From NCBI GenBank assembly GCA_040753675.1, contig JBFMEB010000002.1, forward strand, positions 41,888 to 105,887: 64,000 nucleotides of DNA. Direction: 5' to 3'. Shown here in pieces: positions 51,897 through 60,019 of this stretch; positions within the stretch are counted from its first letter, which is position 1; every line of letters begins with the position of its first letter. The stretch comes from Candidatus Omnitrophota bacterium (GTDB lineage: Bacteria; Omnitrophota; Gorgyraeia; JAHJTE01). The notes beneath the pieces are model-generated. The model was not told the origin of the DNA, did not search any database, and saw only the letters and a list, made by a program, of their open reading frames with translations. A program made the translations under genes and the position numbers.

Positions 51897-52197
51897 CTGC
51901 CTTGCTTAATCTCTTGGCCCTGTTGGCCACTTCTTTTACTCTTGACCAGTACTGCCTTAGACATTGGAGCGCTTCATCTTTATCTGTGATAAGGTAGAAG
52001 CCGTAAGGGTAATTGACTGATGAGGCAATGGGTATCTCGTGGTAAATGACAAGATTTGCTACTGCTTTTCTAATCTTACGCGATGAGGCTAGGGTCATCC
52101 TTTCTAACTCCTGAACTGTAATAGGATTATCCTTACCCTTATGGCACTCAAGAATATGAAGAATTGTCTGCTCTAAACTGTTCATCTTAGGAGGCAT
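51841..52197 (-). CDS. hypothetical phage protein
   Basis: ORF only. Confidence 0.3.
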   Translation of the reverse strand: MPPKMNSLEQTILHILECHKGKDNPITVQELERMTLASSRKIRKAVANLVIYHEIPIASSVNYPYGFYLITDKDEALQCLRQYWSRVKEVANRAKRLSKAVEDKFGIRYQKEFDFENR

Positions 52198-52822
52198 TTT
52201 GTAAGTAACCTTTCAAGATATCGATGAATTTTGAGGCTTGGGATTTAGTTAAATCAGCTGATGAGATAACTCCGAAGTTCTTCTCTAAGATTTCCATATA
52301 GTCCTCATCAGTTAGGTTAAGCCTCAGGCTAAGCATATGGATGTATTTGCTCTGTGAAGGAGTTATCTTTTCTTCATCTGATTTTGGCTTAGGAATTACC
52401 GGCTCTTCTGTATTTGGTTGTCTTGAAAGCGCGTCTTTTACTTCCTCTGCTGTTGCTATACCTCCACCTAAAAGACCAATCCCAAAGAAACCTAAACATC
52501 TGCCGTAGGCGGAGGTCTCAGCATTCTCATAGGGGTTGGATTTATCAACTGTAGTCTGACCATAGGCACCGGCAGAGGCTTCGGCTACTCCGAAGATTTC
52601 TGAGAAAACCTTGACGTAGCAAATGATGTTTCCTTCCGGGTCTTTTTCAAATCTTCTTGAGAATTTGAATTTCTTATTCTGTTCTTTATGTATATCAGTA
52701 AATTCCTTGACTCTGCCGTCGACCATCATATATTCGTTGGTTACGGTCTTATAACTTCCGTCTTCTTGTTTTTGTTTATGGGTTAGCTTCTGGATGAACT
52801 TGGAGTAGTCTTTCTTTTCCAT
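52187..52822 (-). CDS. possible phage single-strand annealing protein (Erf/Rad52-like)
   Basis: Weak resemblance (…AYGRCLGFFGIG…). Position beside the replication module. Confidence 0.3.
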   Translation of the reverse strand: MEKKDYSKFIQKLTHKQKQEDGSYKTVTNEYMMVDGRVKEFTDIHKEQNKKFKFSRRFEKDPEGNIICYVKVFSEIFGVAEASAGAYGQTTVDKSNPYENAETSAYGRCLGFFGIGLLGGGIATAEEVKDALSRQPNTEEPVIPKPKSDEEKITPSQSKYIHMLSLRLNLTDEDYMEILEKNFGVISSADLTKSQASKFIDILKGYLQNAS

Positions 52823-52833
52823 TGGGGGCCTCC

Positions 52834-53160
52834 TTATTTTGATTTTGTTGTCCCTGGTTTAAAATTTATGGTCCTCAGTAAACCTTCTATTGCCGGATGA
52901 GGATGAAGATTTTTCTTGTCATCTTTTAGGTCAAAGATAATCCCTGCGCCGAGGATAGTTTCTAACCTGTCCATTGACTTGTAGTAGATATCCTCAATGG
53001 AGTTGGCTATCTCCCAGATGAGTTTATTATCGGCTTTCCGGGTCAGGAATATCCCGCCTAAGCATAATGCGATGTCTTTAAAAGTGTCATTGACTAGTTC
53101 ATAGATTTGGTATTCTTTTGAGCTACGCATCTTGTCACCTCCGCTTTTTGTTGCTCTCAC
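52834..53160 (-). CDS. hypothetical protein
   Basis: ORF only. Confidence 0.3.
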   Translation of the reverse strand: MRATKSGGDKMRSSKEYQIYELVNDTFKDIALCLGGIFLTRKADNKLIWEIANSIEDIYYKSMDRLETILGAGIIFDLKDDKKNLHPHPAIEGLLRTINFKPGTTKSK

Positions 53161-53202
53161 CCTTAATATGTCAATCTTGGGGCAAATTGTGACAAAGAAT
53201 TT

Positions 53203-53955
53203 TTAAAATTTTTCCTTGCCAAGATATGTTCGTATGGCTTTTTGTGCCCTTGCTTTCTTTTGGCGGATTGCTGCATAAGATAGACCCTTTAGTTCTTGGG
53301 ATACATCTTTCATGGACCTGCCATAGACCTTGGTAGCCAGAAGGATATATTTATCAGTTTCAGAGATAACGCCTAATTTGACTAAATTATCAAGTAAAGA
53401 AATAATCTCTTGAGGGTCAACTTTAGCCGGTATAGAGGGAATGCATTCTGGATGTATCGCCAATTCCTGCTCAGAGCCGAGTTCTTTAAAAAGGGCTGTA
53501 AAATAATCCCTTAACTTGTTACGCAGCCTGCCTAAGACTTTTGAGGCGAGCTTTGTTTTGTCTTTGTTTAAGTCAATCTGGCTTAATTCTTCAAAGAATA
53601 AGGTTACAATCTGACACCAAAGGTCCAATTCTCCATACGAAGCAAATTGTTTTGCCCTTGATTTAAATTGAAAGAATATCTTGAGCAAACCGGGCCTAAA
53701 AAGAATTAGTAAATATGAACCGACTGACTTAGATTCCTCTTGGGACTGATATTCCAAGATAAGGCTTGATAGGATTTCATCGTTGAGTTTGAAGTTAGGA
53801 TTTCTCTGGTTATGCAGGCAATCTATAAGATCCTGTGGTGTAGGATAGGATTTAATTGAGACGTGTTTTTCTCTGATTGTTTCGTAGAGTGCGATAAATT
53901 TTTCTGATGAGATTTCATTTTCTACTTCCCTTAGAAGCTTTCTGATAGACTCCAT
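53203..53955 (-). CDS. HTH protein with sigma-70 region-4-like C-terminus (possible phage sigma/regulator)
   Basis: C-terminal LKGLSYAAIRQKKARAQKAIRTYL. Confidence 0.35.
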   Translation of the reverse strand: MESIRKLLREVENEISSEKFIALYETIREKHVSIKSYPTPQDLIDCLHNQRNPNFKLNDEILSSLILEYQSQEESKSVGSYLLILFRPGLLKIFFQFKSRAKQFASYGELDLWCQIVTLFFEELSQIDLNKDKTKLASKVLGRLRNKLRDYFTALFKELGSEQELAIHPECIPSIPAKVDPQEIISLLDNLVKLGVISETDKYILLATKVYGRSMKDVSQELKGLSYAAIRQKKARAQKAIRTYLGKEKF

Positions 53956-54037
53956 AGTTCTCCTCGCCTAGAAAGCCCGCCTGTGGCGGACAGGCAGGGT
54001 CTCGGAGAACCTCGGAGCTTTCTTTTTTAGTTAGTTT

Positions 54038-54265
54038 TTAGAATTTGGTTATGGTTTTACATTTTTTGCATTTGATAGATACTAAGTATCTAGTTTGACG
54101 TTCTGCTATCACATCCTTTCTGTGTTCATTTGCGTCAGAAATAATTTTTCTGGTAGTCTCTGCTAATTTTCTATTACATTTCGGGCAGCGGATTTCATAC
54201 ATTGGTAAATCTCTATAAAAAGAAAAAGCCCAACCCCAGGCTATTACCTGAAATTGGGCCTTCAA
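54038..54265 (-). CDS. zinc-ribbon (Com-like) small protein
   Basis: CPKCNRKL...CKKCKT. Confidence 0.4.
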   Translation of the reverse strand: MKAQFQVIAWGWAFSFYRDLPMYEIRCPKCNRKLAETTRKIISDANEHRKDVIAERQTRYLVSIKCKKCKTITKF

Positions 54266-54301
54266 ACCTAAATAATTGGCTATGGACCTATAAAGACTTT
54301 A

Positions 54302-54448
54302 TTATTTCATAATCTCAACTTTATGTTCGCGCTTACAGCGCTTGCATTTAACATAGATTTCTTTGCCTTTTATAGTAAATAAATACCGGTTACAATCGCA
54401 ACGGACCTCTTTAGTATCAGTGCTTTTGTCTTTAACTAGTACCTTCAT
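54302..54448 (-). CDS. zinc-ribbon small protein (48 aa), paralogous in style to 54038-54265
   Basis: Hand-translated MKVLVKDKSTDTKEVRCDCNRYLFTIKGKEIYVKCKRCKREHKVEIMK. Confidence 0.3.
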   Translation of the reverse strand: MKVLVKDKSTDTKEVRCDCNRYLFTIKGKEIYVKCKRCKREHKVEIMK

Positions 54449-54553
54449 AGCAAAATCCTCCTTTCAGCGTGAATATCTTCCAATGGGATTTTGCCAGGGA
54501 GGGGTAGCGTTTCCCGGGAATTCGGGAAGGGCTGGTTCATCTAGCAAGTCAGG

Positions 54554-55168
54554 TTAATATTTTCTGTAGACTCCGATTACTTTGCCAAGGATGCTTATTG
54601 TAGCGTCTTCGGGATGAAAGGCAAAAGGCGGTATTGCAGGGTTTTCCGCCTTTAGGGTTATAGTATCATCATTTTTATAAAAACGCTTTACAGTTGCCTC
54701 ATCATTTATTAAGGCAACCACAATTTCGCCATTTTCTGCTATTGGCTGTTGTTTGACAATTACAAAGTCACCGTTATAGATACCAGCGTTTATCATACTA
54801 TCACCCTGAACTTTTAAGGCAAAAATATTCTCTCCTTTAGCCCAAGTTTTATCTATGGCGACATAGCCTTCGATATTCTCAACAGCTAAGATAGGACTTC
54901 CTGCTGCAACTCTACCTAAAACCGGAACCTCCACTATATCACGTAAGGTCTTTCTAATTCCTGTAAGAAAAATGGCTCGCGCTTTATCTCTTTCTCTCTT
55001 TATATATCCCTTTTTTTCTAAAACAGCCAGGTAATCCTGGGCCGTGCCGAGAGCTTTAAACCCAAAGTGGGCCATTATTTCACGCAGTGTAGGCGTGGAA
55101 TTATTCTTCAGCCAACAGTCTTTAATGAAGTTTAGAATTTGCTTCTGTTTCCTGGTTAGGTCCTGCAT
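54554..55168 (-). CDS. LexA-family (S24 peptidase) repressor, prophage CI-like
   Basis: LexA DNA-binding domain (LTRKQKQILNFIKD..PTLREI...LEKKGYI), Ala-Gly cleavage site (VAAGSP), and Ser/Lys S24 domain. Start set at MQDLTRKQ with GGAGG RBS. The track ORF extends further. Confidence 0.8.
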   Translation of the reverse strand: MQDLTRKQKQILNFIKDCWLKNNSTPTLREIMAHFGFKALGTAQDYLAVLEKKGYIKRERDKARAIFLTGIRKTLRDIVEVPVLGRVAAGSPILAVENIEGYVAIDKTWAKGENIFALKVQGDSMINAGIYNGDFVIVKQQPIAENGEIVVALINDEATVKRFYKNDDTITLKAENPAIPPFAFHPEDATISILGKVIGVYRKY

Positions 55169-55297
55169 TAGAATCTGCCTCCTTCCAGCAAAAGTAATAT
55201 ACCATACATTTGTCTGGGATGTCAAGAAAAAAAATTTCACCCCCTCTGTCACAATTCCCATGTTTCTTGACATACTGTATATGAGGAAGGTAAATCA

Positions 55298-55504
55298 ATG
55301 GAAACCGGGAAAATAGCAAACAAAAAGGGTAGGCCAAGGGGCTCTAAAAAAGAATTCCGTATTACATACGAAATAGTGCCTCCTGGCACTATAAAAAGCG
55401 ACCTACCCATACCTCAGAAAACTCCCGACGAACGTTGGGAAGAAATAGTCGAAATTTGTTCTGCCATTATAGCCGAAGCTTATCAGAAAAAAGATTTTAA
55501 TTGA
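55298..55504 (+). CDS. small hypothetical protein divergent from repressor (Cro/Xis position)
   Basis: 68 aa, basic N-terminus. Confidence 0.35.
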   Translation: METGKIANKKGRPRGSKKEFRITYEIVPPGTIKSDLPIPQKTPDERWEEIVEICSAIIAEAYQKKDFN

Positions 55505-55560
55505 CATTTAGATACGTTCGGTTTACCATATGGTATCGTATATAACAATTAGGGAATTAG

Positions 55561-57210
55561 ATGAGCATAAAAAAGTGCGCACTATACATAAGGGTCTCTA
55601 CCTCACGACAGGCAAGTGTTGAAGATGGTTCTTTAAAGGCTCAGGAAGCCAGATTAAAAGCCTATGTAGATTATGAAAATACCAATAAAGGCGGCGACTG
55701 GGAAATAGCCGATATATATCGTGAGGAAGGGCGCTCAGCCAAAGATCTAAAACGACCTGAGTTTCAACGGCTTTTAGTAGATATAGAAGCCGGTAAAATA
55801 AACACCATTGTAATCTGGAAGATAGACCGCCTTACCAGATCCCTAAAGGACTTCTCCACCCTCTGGGAATTATTCAAAGAAAAAGGAATCCAGCTTATCT
55901 CCCTCAATGAAAAATTTGATACGAGCACAGCCCTGGGAAGGGCAATGATTAGCATTATCCTTGTTTTCGCCCAGCTTGAGCGAGAACAAACCGGAGAAAG
56001 AACTGCTGCAACAATGCAATACAGGGCGGAAAAGGGACTCTGGAATGGCGGTAGGATAATCGGCTATGACCTCGACCCAAACAATAAGGGCTCCCTTAAA
56101 ATAAATCGTGAGCAAATGGCAATAGTAAAAAAGGCCTTTGACCTTTGTATAGAAAAGGGTTCAGCAGGACAAGTGCAAAGAACACTTAACGACCTCGGCT
56201 ATAGAATGCCTACCTATAAATCAAGGCGCGGCAAAGAGCACGGCAACAACCTCTTTACCAAGCAGGCAGTTATAAGAATGCTTACTAACTCTGTTTATGT
56301 TGGTAAAATAAACTGGGGTGGTAAACTTTATCAAGGAAAACACCAAGGAACAATAGATGAAAAGAAATTTTTGAAGATACAGGAAATACTACGACAAAAT
56401 AGAAAGAGAAAGACTAATGATAAGTTACCACGGCAACACGTATATCTCTTGCAAGGCATTCTCCGCTGTGGAAAATGCGGTTCAATGATGACACCAAAAG
56501 GTGGCATAAACGGTTCCGGACACCCATACCACTATTATCAATGTACAAAAAATAGCCATATAGGGAATATTGCCTGCAAAGCTAAATACGTCCCGGCAAA
56601 ATCAATCGAGAATTTTGTCGTAGAAAGAGTAAAAGAGCTGACTACAAACGAAGAAGAAATTGCAAAGATGGTAAAAAATGCTAATAAATATAGTGATACA
56701 CAATTAAAGAAATTAATTGAAGATAAACAGAGCTTACAGAAGGCTATCCACCAAGTAAAAGAGAAACTTAACGCAATGGTCGACACTATAGAGAACGAAG
56801 GCGCTAAAGCTTTTAAGACTTTGCAAGAAAGAATGGCTGCATTGGAAAAACAGCGTGAAGAGTTAGAAAAGAAACTTGAGGTAATAGACTTTGAGGCTAC
56901 AAAAATCGAGCAGGAAAGAGTCAGTGCAGAAATAATGCAGGAGCACTTTAAATCCTTTAGGGATGTCGTTAAAAAGGCTGATGCTCAAAAACTAAAAGAG
57001 CTTCTTTTTCAAATCATAGAAATCATACAATGGCATGAAAATCCTGATGATAGCTCCTCAGGACACTGCAAGATTAGTTATTTCGAACAACCCCGCTTAA
57101 TTATTCCCCAAAATAAACTGAGCGAACAAGGTGGTAACCTACTGTTCGCTCAGAGTGACAACTGGCTCCCCCGCGAGGACTCGAACCTCGGACATGGTGG
57201 TTACACTTAA
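55561..57210 (+). CDS. large serine recombinase (integrase)
   Basis: Resolvase catalytic N-terminus (ALYIRVSTSRQ), recombinase domain, zinc ribbon (CGKCGS...C), coiled coil. The last ~20 codons are antisense to tRNA exon 2, so the true C-terminus is uncertain. Confidence 0.85.
   Translation: MSIKKCALYIRVSTSRQASVEDGSLKAQEARLKAYVDYENTNKGGDWEIADIYREEGRSAKDLKRPEFQRLLVDIEAGKINTIVIWKIDRLTRSLKDFSTLWELFKEKGIQLISLNEKFDTSTALGRAMISIILVFAQLEREQTGERTAATMQYRAEKGLWNGGRIIGYDLDPNNKGSLKINREQMAIVKKAFDLCIEKGSAGQVQRTLNDLGYRMPTYKSRRGKEHGNNLFTKQAVIRMLTNSVYVGKINWGGKLYQGKHQGTIDEKKFLKIQEILRQNRKRKTNDKLPRQHVYLLQGILRCGKCGSMMTPKGGINGSGHPYHYYQCTKNSHIGNIACKAKYVPAKSIENFVVERVKELTTNEEEIAKMVKNANKYSDTQLKKLIEDKQSLQKAIHQVKEKLNAMVDTIENEGAKAFKTLQERMAALEKQREELEKKLEVIDFEATKIEQERVSAEIMQEHFKSFRDVVKKADAQKLKELLFQIIEIIQWHENPDDSSSGHCKISYFEQPRLIIPQNKLSEQGGNLLFAQSDNWLPREDSNLGHGGYT
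57098..57142 (-). terminator. terminator downstream of tRNA-Asn
   Basis: Minus strand CTGAGCGAACA-N14-TGTTCGCTCAG followed by TTTATTTTGGGG. Confidence 0.5.
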
Positions 57211-57513
57211 CCCGAAATTACTTTCGGAAGTGGACTATATTATTGCCGGCGACTTTACGTTTCGGCAGCGGGTATATAGTCTCTGCACATTTACTCCGAT
57301 TTCTCGAAGACTTAGCTCAGGATTACCCCTGCTGTTTCGTTTTGCTTCGCAAAAGCGAAACAAAACGACAGGGGTTTCCCTGAATTAGCCCGCTTTTTCA
57401 TCTACGGTTTCCCGTAGAAGCTGCCATTTAAGATCCCTCGGCTTCGCCTCGGGATCAAATCCGCCTTTGGCGGATTTGACAGCCACCCGCTCTACCAACT
57501 GAGCTACAGGGGA
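57143..57513 (-). tRNA. tRNA-Asn(GUU) interrupted by a group I intron (exon1 57479-57513, exon2 57143-57183, CCA encoded)
   Basis: Exon1 is TCCCCTG-TA-GCTCAGTTGGTAGAGC-G-GGTGG-CTGT. Exon2 is TAA-CCACC-ATGTC-CGAGGTTCGAGTCCTCG-CGGGGGA-G-CCA. Acceptor and anticodon stems pair perfectly across the 295-nt insertion. U1-A72 and loop CUGUUAA match Asn. Confidence 0.75.
57184..57478 (-). ncRNA. group I self-splicing intron (no ORF)
   Basis: Core R element GTGCAGAGACTATA and S element AATATAGTCC (P7 pairing). P4-like GCGGG/AATCC. 5' exon ends in U, intron ends in G. Candidate IGS GCAGCU pairs with exon GGCUGU. Confidence 0.7.
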
Positions 57514-57530
57514 ATTATTTTTTGTTCTAT

Positions 57531-57560
57531 TATTTTATCTCAATGGGTGGATTAGTCAAG
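57531..57560 (-). promoter_or_regulatory. putative sigma70-type promoter for tRNA-Asn
   Basis: Minus strand TTGACT-16nt-TAAAAT, about 20 nt upstream of tRNA position 1. Confidence 0.4.
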
Positions 57561-57677
57561 CAGAAAACCGGAGGCGCCGAGTCCGAGCGGGGGGAGTTTC
57601 CATTTTTTAACCCACTATGATATAATATATTGCAGTGGGTTTTTCTTTTAGCCAAGGTTTAAAGAGGAGAGGAAAAG

Positions 57678-58931
57678 ATGAATATTAAAATTCGTTATCT
57701 ATTGTGGTTTATTGTTGTTTCTCTTTGTTTCTCGGTAATATCCTTAAGCTTAGCGGCAGAAGGTTCTAAATATAGTGTTACTTCAAAGGAAATAATTTTT
57801 TTCCGCAATGAGGGTGCTCATTCTCCTTTTGAGTTTATTGAAGTTTCAATACGAGCTGACGGTTCGGGCGTAACCATATTTGAGCGTTATGGCGAGAAGA
57901 GTGTAGAGACATCCTTTAAGCTGAACCAGTACGAGATGGATGAATTAAAGGCACTTGTTTATGAAGTAAATTTCTTTTCACAATCAGATCAACAAACTAC
58001 TTTTATTGAGGACACCGGTAAGTCAACTCTTCGTATTTCGCTTGAGGACAAACAGAAAGAAATCATGTTTTTTAGCCTGCCAGAAATTCAACCTCTTATT
58101 TCTTCCCTTTGGAAACTGATAAATCAAGGTGTTATTTTATGGGGTCTTAATGAGAAGGATGATGTATATCCTGTTAATGTGGCACTATCAGGACACCTTG
58201 TAGGACAGAAAGTTTTCCAGCCGCAAGTTTTCCGCGATCCTTTGATGAAATTCATAAGTAGATCTAATGATCGCCAAAAGCTTATTTGGAGTTTTGAAGC
58301 GCTCTCATGGGTAATGACGCCAGAAGAATGGACAAGCTTTTTATCTGCAGAATTAGGCAAAGCTAAGGACACACGCAAGAGCTTGCTTCTCGAAGCTCTA
58401 TCTTCTCATCCATTTACAGGAAACATTTTGAAGCCGCACCGTCAAGCATTACTATCTTTACTTCTTAAGAATCTTCAACTTGAATATATAAGATGGCCTC
58501 AATTTTCCAAAGAGAAAAAGGAGTCCTATGAATCTATTATAAGGTTTTTAGGCTACGAGCGCTATGCTCCAGCAACGCCGATCTTAATATCGATGATAGA
58601 AAAGCCATACAGATGGGATATTTCGTGGCTTAGAAACTCTTTATCTCTTATGGGGATGGAAGCGATTAAGCCTTTAGAGCATTTACTTAATGATCCTGAG
58701 TCCGATGTGCGCGCTGTTGCCACAGATATGTTAGGCGAAATATTAAGAGCGAATCCTGATTGGCCTACAAAGGGCTCTGTTTCCGAAGAAGAACAGAAAC
58801 GCATTTTAAATACATTAGAAACATCTATCTTACCCAAACTTAAGAGAATGATTGATAAAGATCCTGATGATTCAGTTCGAAAGGCAGCCCAGCAATCTGT
58901 CCAACAAATAAAGCAGGGTTGGTGTAAGTAA
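57678..58931 (+). CDS. secreted HEAT/PBS-lyase-repeat protein
   Basis: Signal peptide. C-terminal HEAT-like repeats (ESDVRAVATDMLGEI, DPDDSVRKAAQQSV). Confidence 0.55.
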   Translation: MNIKIRYLLWFIVVSLCFSVISLSLAAEGSKYSVTSKEIIFFRNEGAHSPFEFIEVSIRADGSGVTIFERYGEKSVETSFKLNQYEMDELKALVYEVNFFSQSDQQTTFIEDTGKSTLRISLEDKQKEIMFFSLPEIQPLISSLWKLINQGVILWGLNEKDDVYPVNVALSGHLVGQKVFQPQVFRDPLMKFISRSNDRQKLIWSFEALSWVMTPEEWTSFLSAELGKAKDTRKSLLLEALSSHPFTGNILKPHRQALLSLLLKNLQLEYIRWPQFSKEKKESYESIIRFLGYERYAPATPILISMIEKPYRWDISWLRNSLSLMGMEAIKPLEHLLNDPESDVRAVATDMLGEILRANPDWPTKGSVSEEEQKRILNTLETSILPKLKRMIDKDPDDSVRKAAQQSVQQIKQGWCK

Positions 58932-59161
58932 AGATTAAAATGACTTATTTAACTGATAATTACCAAATCTATTATCAGCTTGCCTGATTCTTCTGAGTAG
59001 AGCCAGTTGCGAAACTCGTCCAATACGGGGAGCTAAAAGGGAACGACGACCTCGCGGGGGGAGGCCAGAAGCGAGGACTCGAAAAGAACGAACATGAATT
59101 TTCCCTCTTGACAATACAACTATTTAGTTGTATACTTTATTTGGATAAAGAGAGGATATAA

Positions 59162-59515
59162 GTGGCTAACTATTCGTGCTTTTACTTTACAACCGAATCA
59201 GGAAAGGCACCAGTTGAGGAATTTATAGATTCATTAGATTATTCAAGTCAGAGGAAGTTCTTTTTTAAGAAAGGGCTATTAGAGGAATTTGGACCAAGAT
59301 TACCCTTTCCACATGCGAAATACATAGGCAGTGAGATTTATGAATTAAGATTTGAAGGCAAAGAAGGGGCTATACGAGTTCTATATTTCTTTTATTACAA
59401 AAACGAGGTCATATTTACGAACGGCTTTATTAAGAAATCGAATAAGACTCCGAAGGGAGAGAAAGAATTAGCTATTGAGAGAAGAAAATTATTCCTAGAA
59501 AGAAGAGGTGGTTAA
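59162..59515 (+). CDS. HigB-like (Gp49/RelE-ParE superfamily) toxin
   Basis: Gp49-family pattern: FIDSLD, YELRF.., IRVLYFF, FIKKSNKTPKGE. Confidence 0.65.
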   Translation: MANYSCFYFTTESGKAPVEEFIDSLDYSSQRKFFFKKGLLEEFGPRLPFPHAKYIGSEIYELRFEGKEGAIRVLYFFYYKNEVIFTNGFIKKSNKTPKGEKELAIERRKLFLERRGG

Positions 59516-59855
59516 AATGAGACAGGTAAATAAACACTTAGAACAGAAACTGAAAGATCCATACTTCAAAGAGCTTTATGAGCTGGAAGAGCAAAAATTA
59601 AATATTGTCAAACGCATCATTGATTATCGCGTCAAAAACAATCTTACCCAGGGCCAATTAGCTAAAAAGATAGGGATTAGCCAGCAGCACATATCCAAGA
59701 TTGAGAATGGTGAGTTTAGCAATATCGTTACTCTTGAGAAGATTCTCTTAGCTATTGGTTTTAAGGTAAAGATTGAAGTTGCACCTTTGCATAAAAGAAT
59801 CAGAGACCAAATTCTGAAGATGCGGCCATTAAAAATGCATCATCAAATGGCCTGA
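59508..59855 (+). CDS. XRE-family HTH antitoxin (HigA-like)
   Basis: LTQGQLAKKIGISQQHISKIENGE HTH. 8-bp overlap with the toxin gene. Confidence 0.7.
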   Translation: MVKMRQVNKHLEQKLKDPYFKELYELEEQKLNIVKRIIDYRVKNNLTQGQLAKKIGISQQHISKIENGEFSNIVTLEKILLAIGFKVKIEVAPLHKRIRDQILKMRPLKMHHQMA

Positions 59856-59889
59856 TTTCAATTAAGGAGTTTCTAAACTCAGTTACGAA

Positions 59890-59936
59890 GGGGAGCCAAA
59901 AATAGGCCCGGAGAAATCCGGGCCTTTCTTATTTTT
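59890..59936 (+). repeat. copy of 'tRNA-Asn 3' end + terminator hairpin' module; also functions as terminator after higA
   Basis: GGGGAGCCAAAAATAGGCCCGGAGAAATCCGGGCCTTTCTTATTTTT. 8-bp stem plus T tract. Paralog of 27381-27428. Confidence 0.6.
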
Positions 59937-59977
59937 AGGGAGTCTGCGAGTAGCGAAAAATCAGTTAAATATTTTCT

Positions 59978-60006
59978 TGACTCGATACTTAAAAAGGAAT
60001 ATAAAT
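59978..60006 (+). promoter_or_regulatory. putative sigma70 promoter of mgtE
   Basis: TTGACT-17nt-TATAAA. Confidence 0.4.
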
Positions 60007-60019
60007 AAAAAATAGGCAA

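Noticed and set aside
57479-57516. Initial reading of the tRNA as tRNA-Asp(GUC) with a broken 3' half
   Set aside because: The 3' half was found 295 nt away. Group I splice rules (exon ends U, intron ends G), U1-A72 and loop CUGUUAA support Asn(GUU) with an intron rather than a truncated Asp gene.
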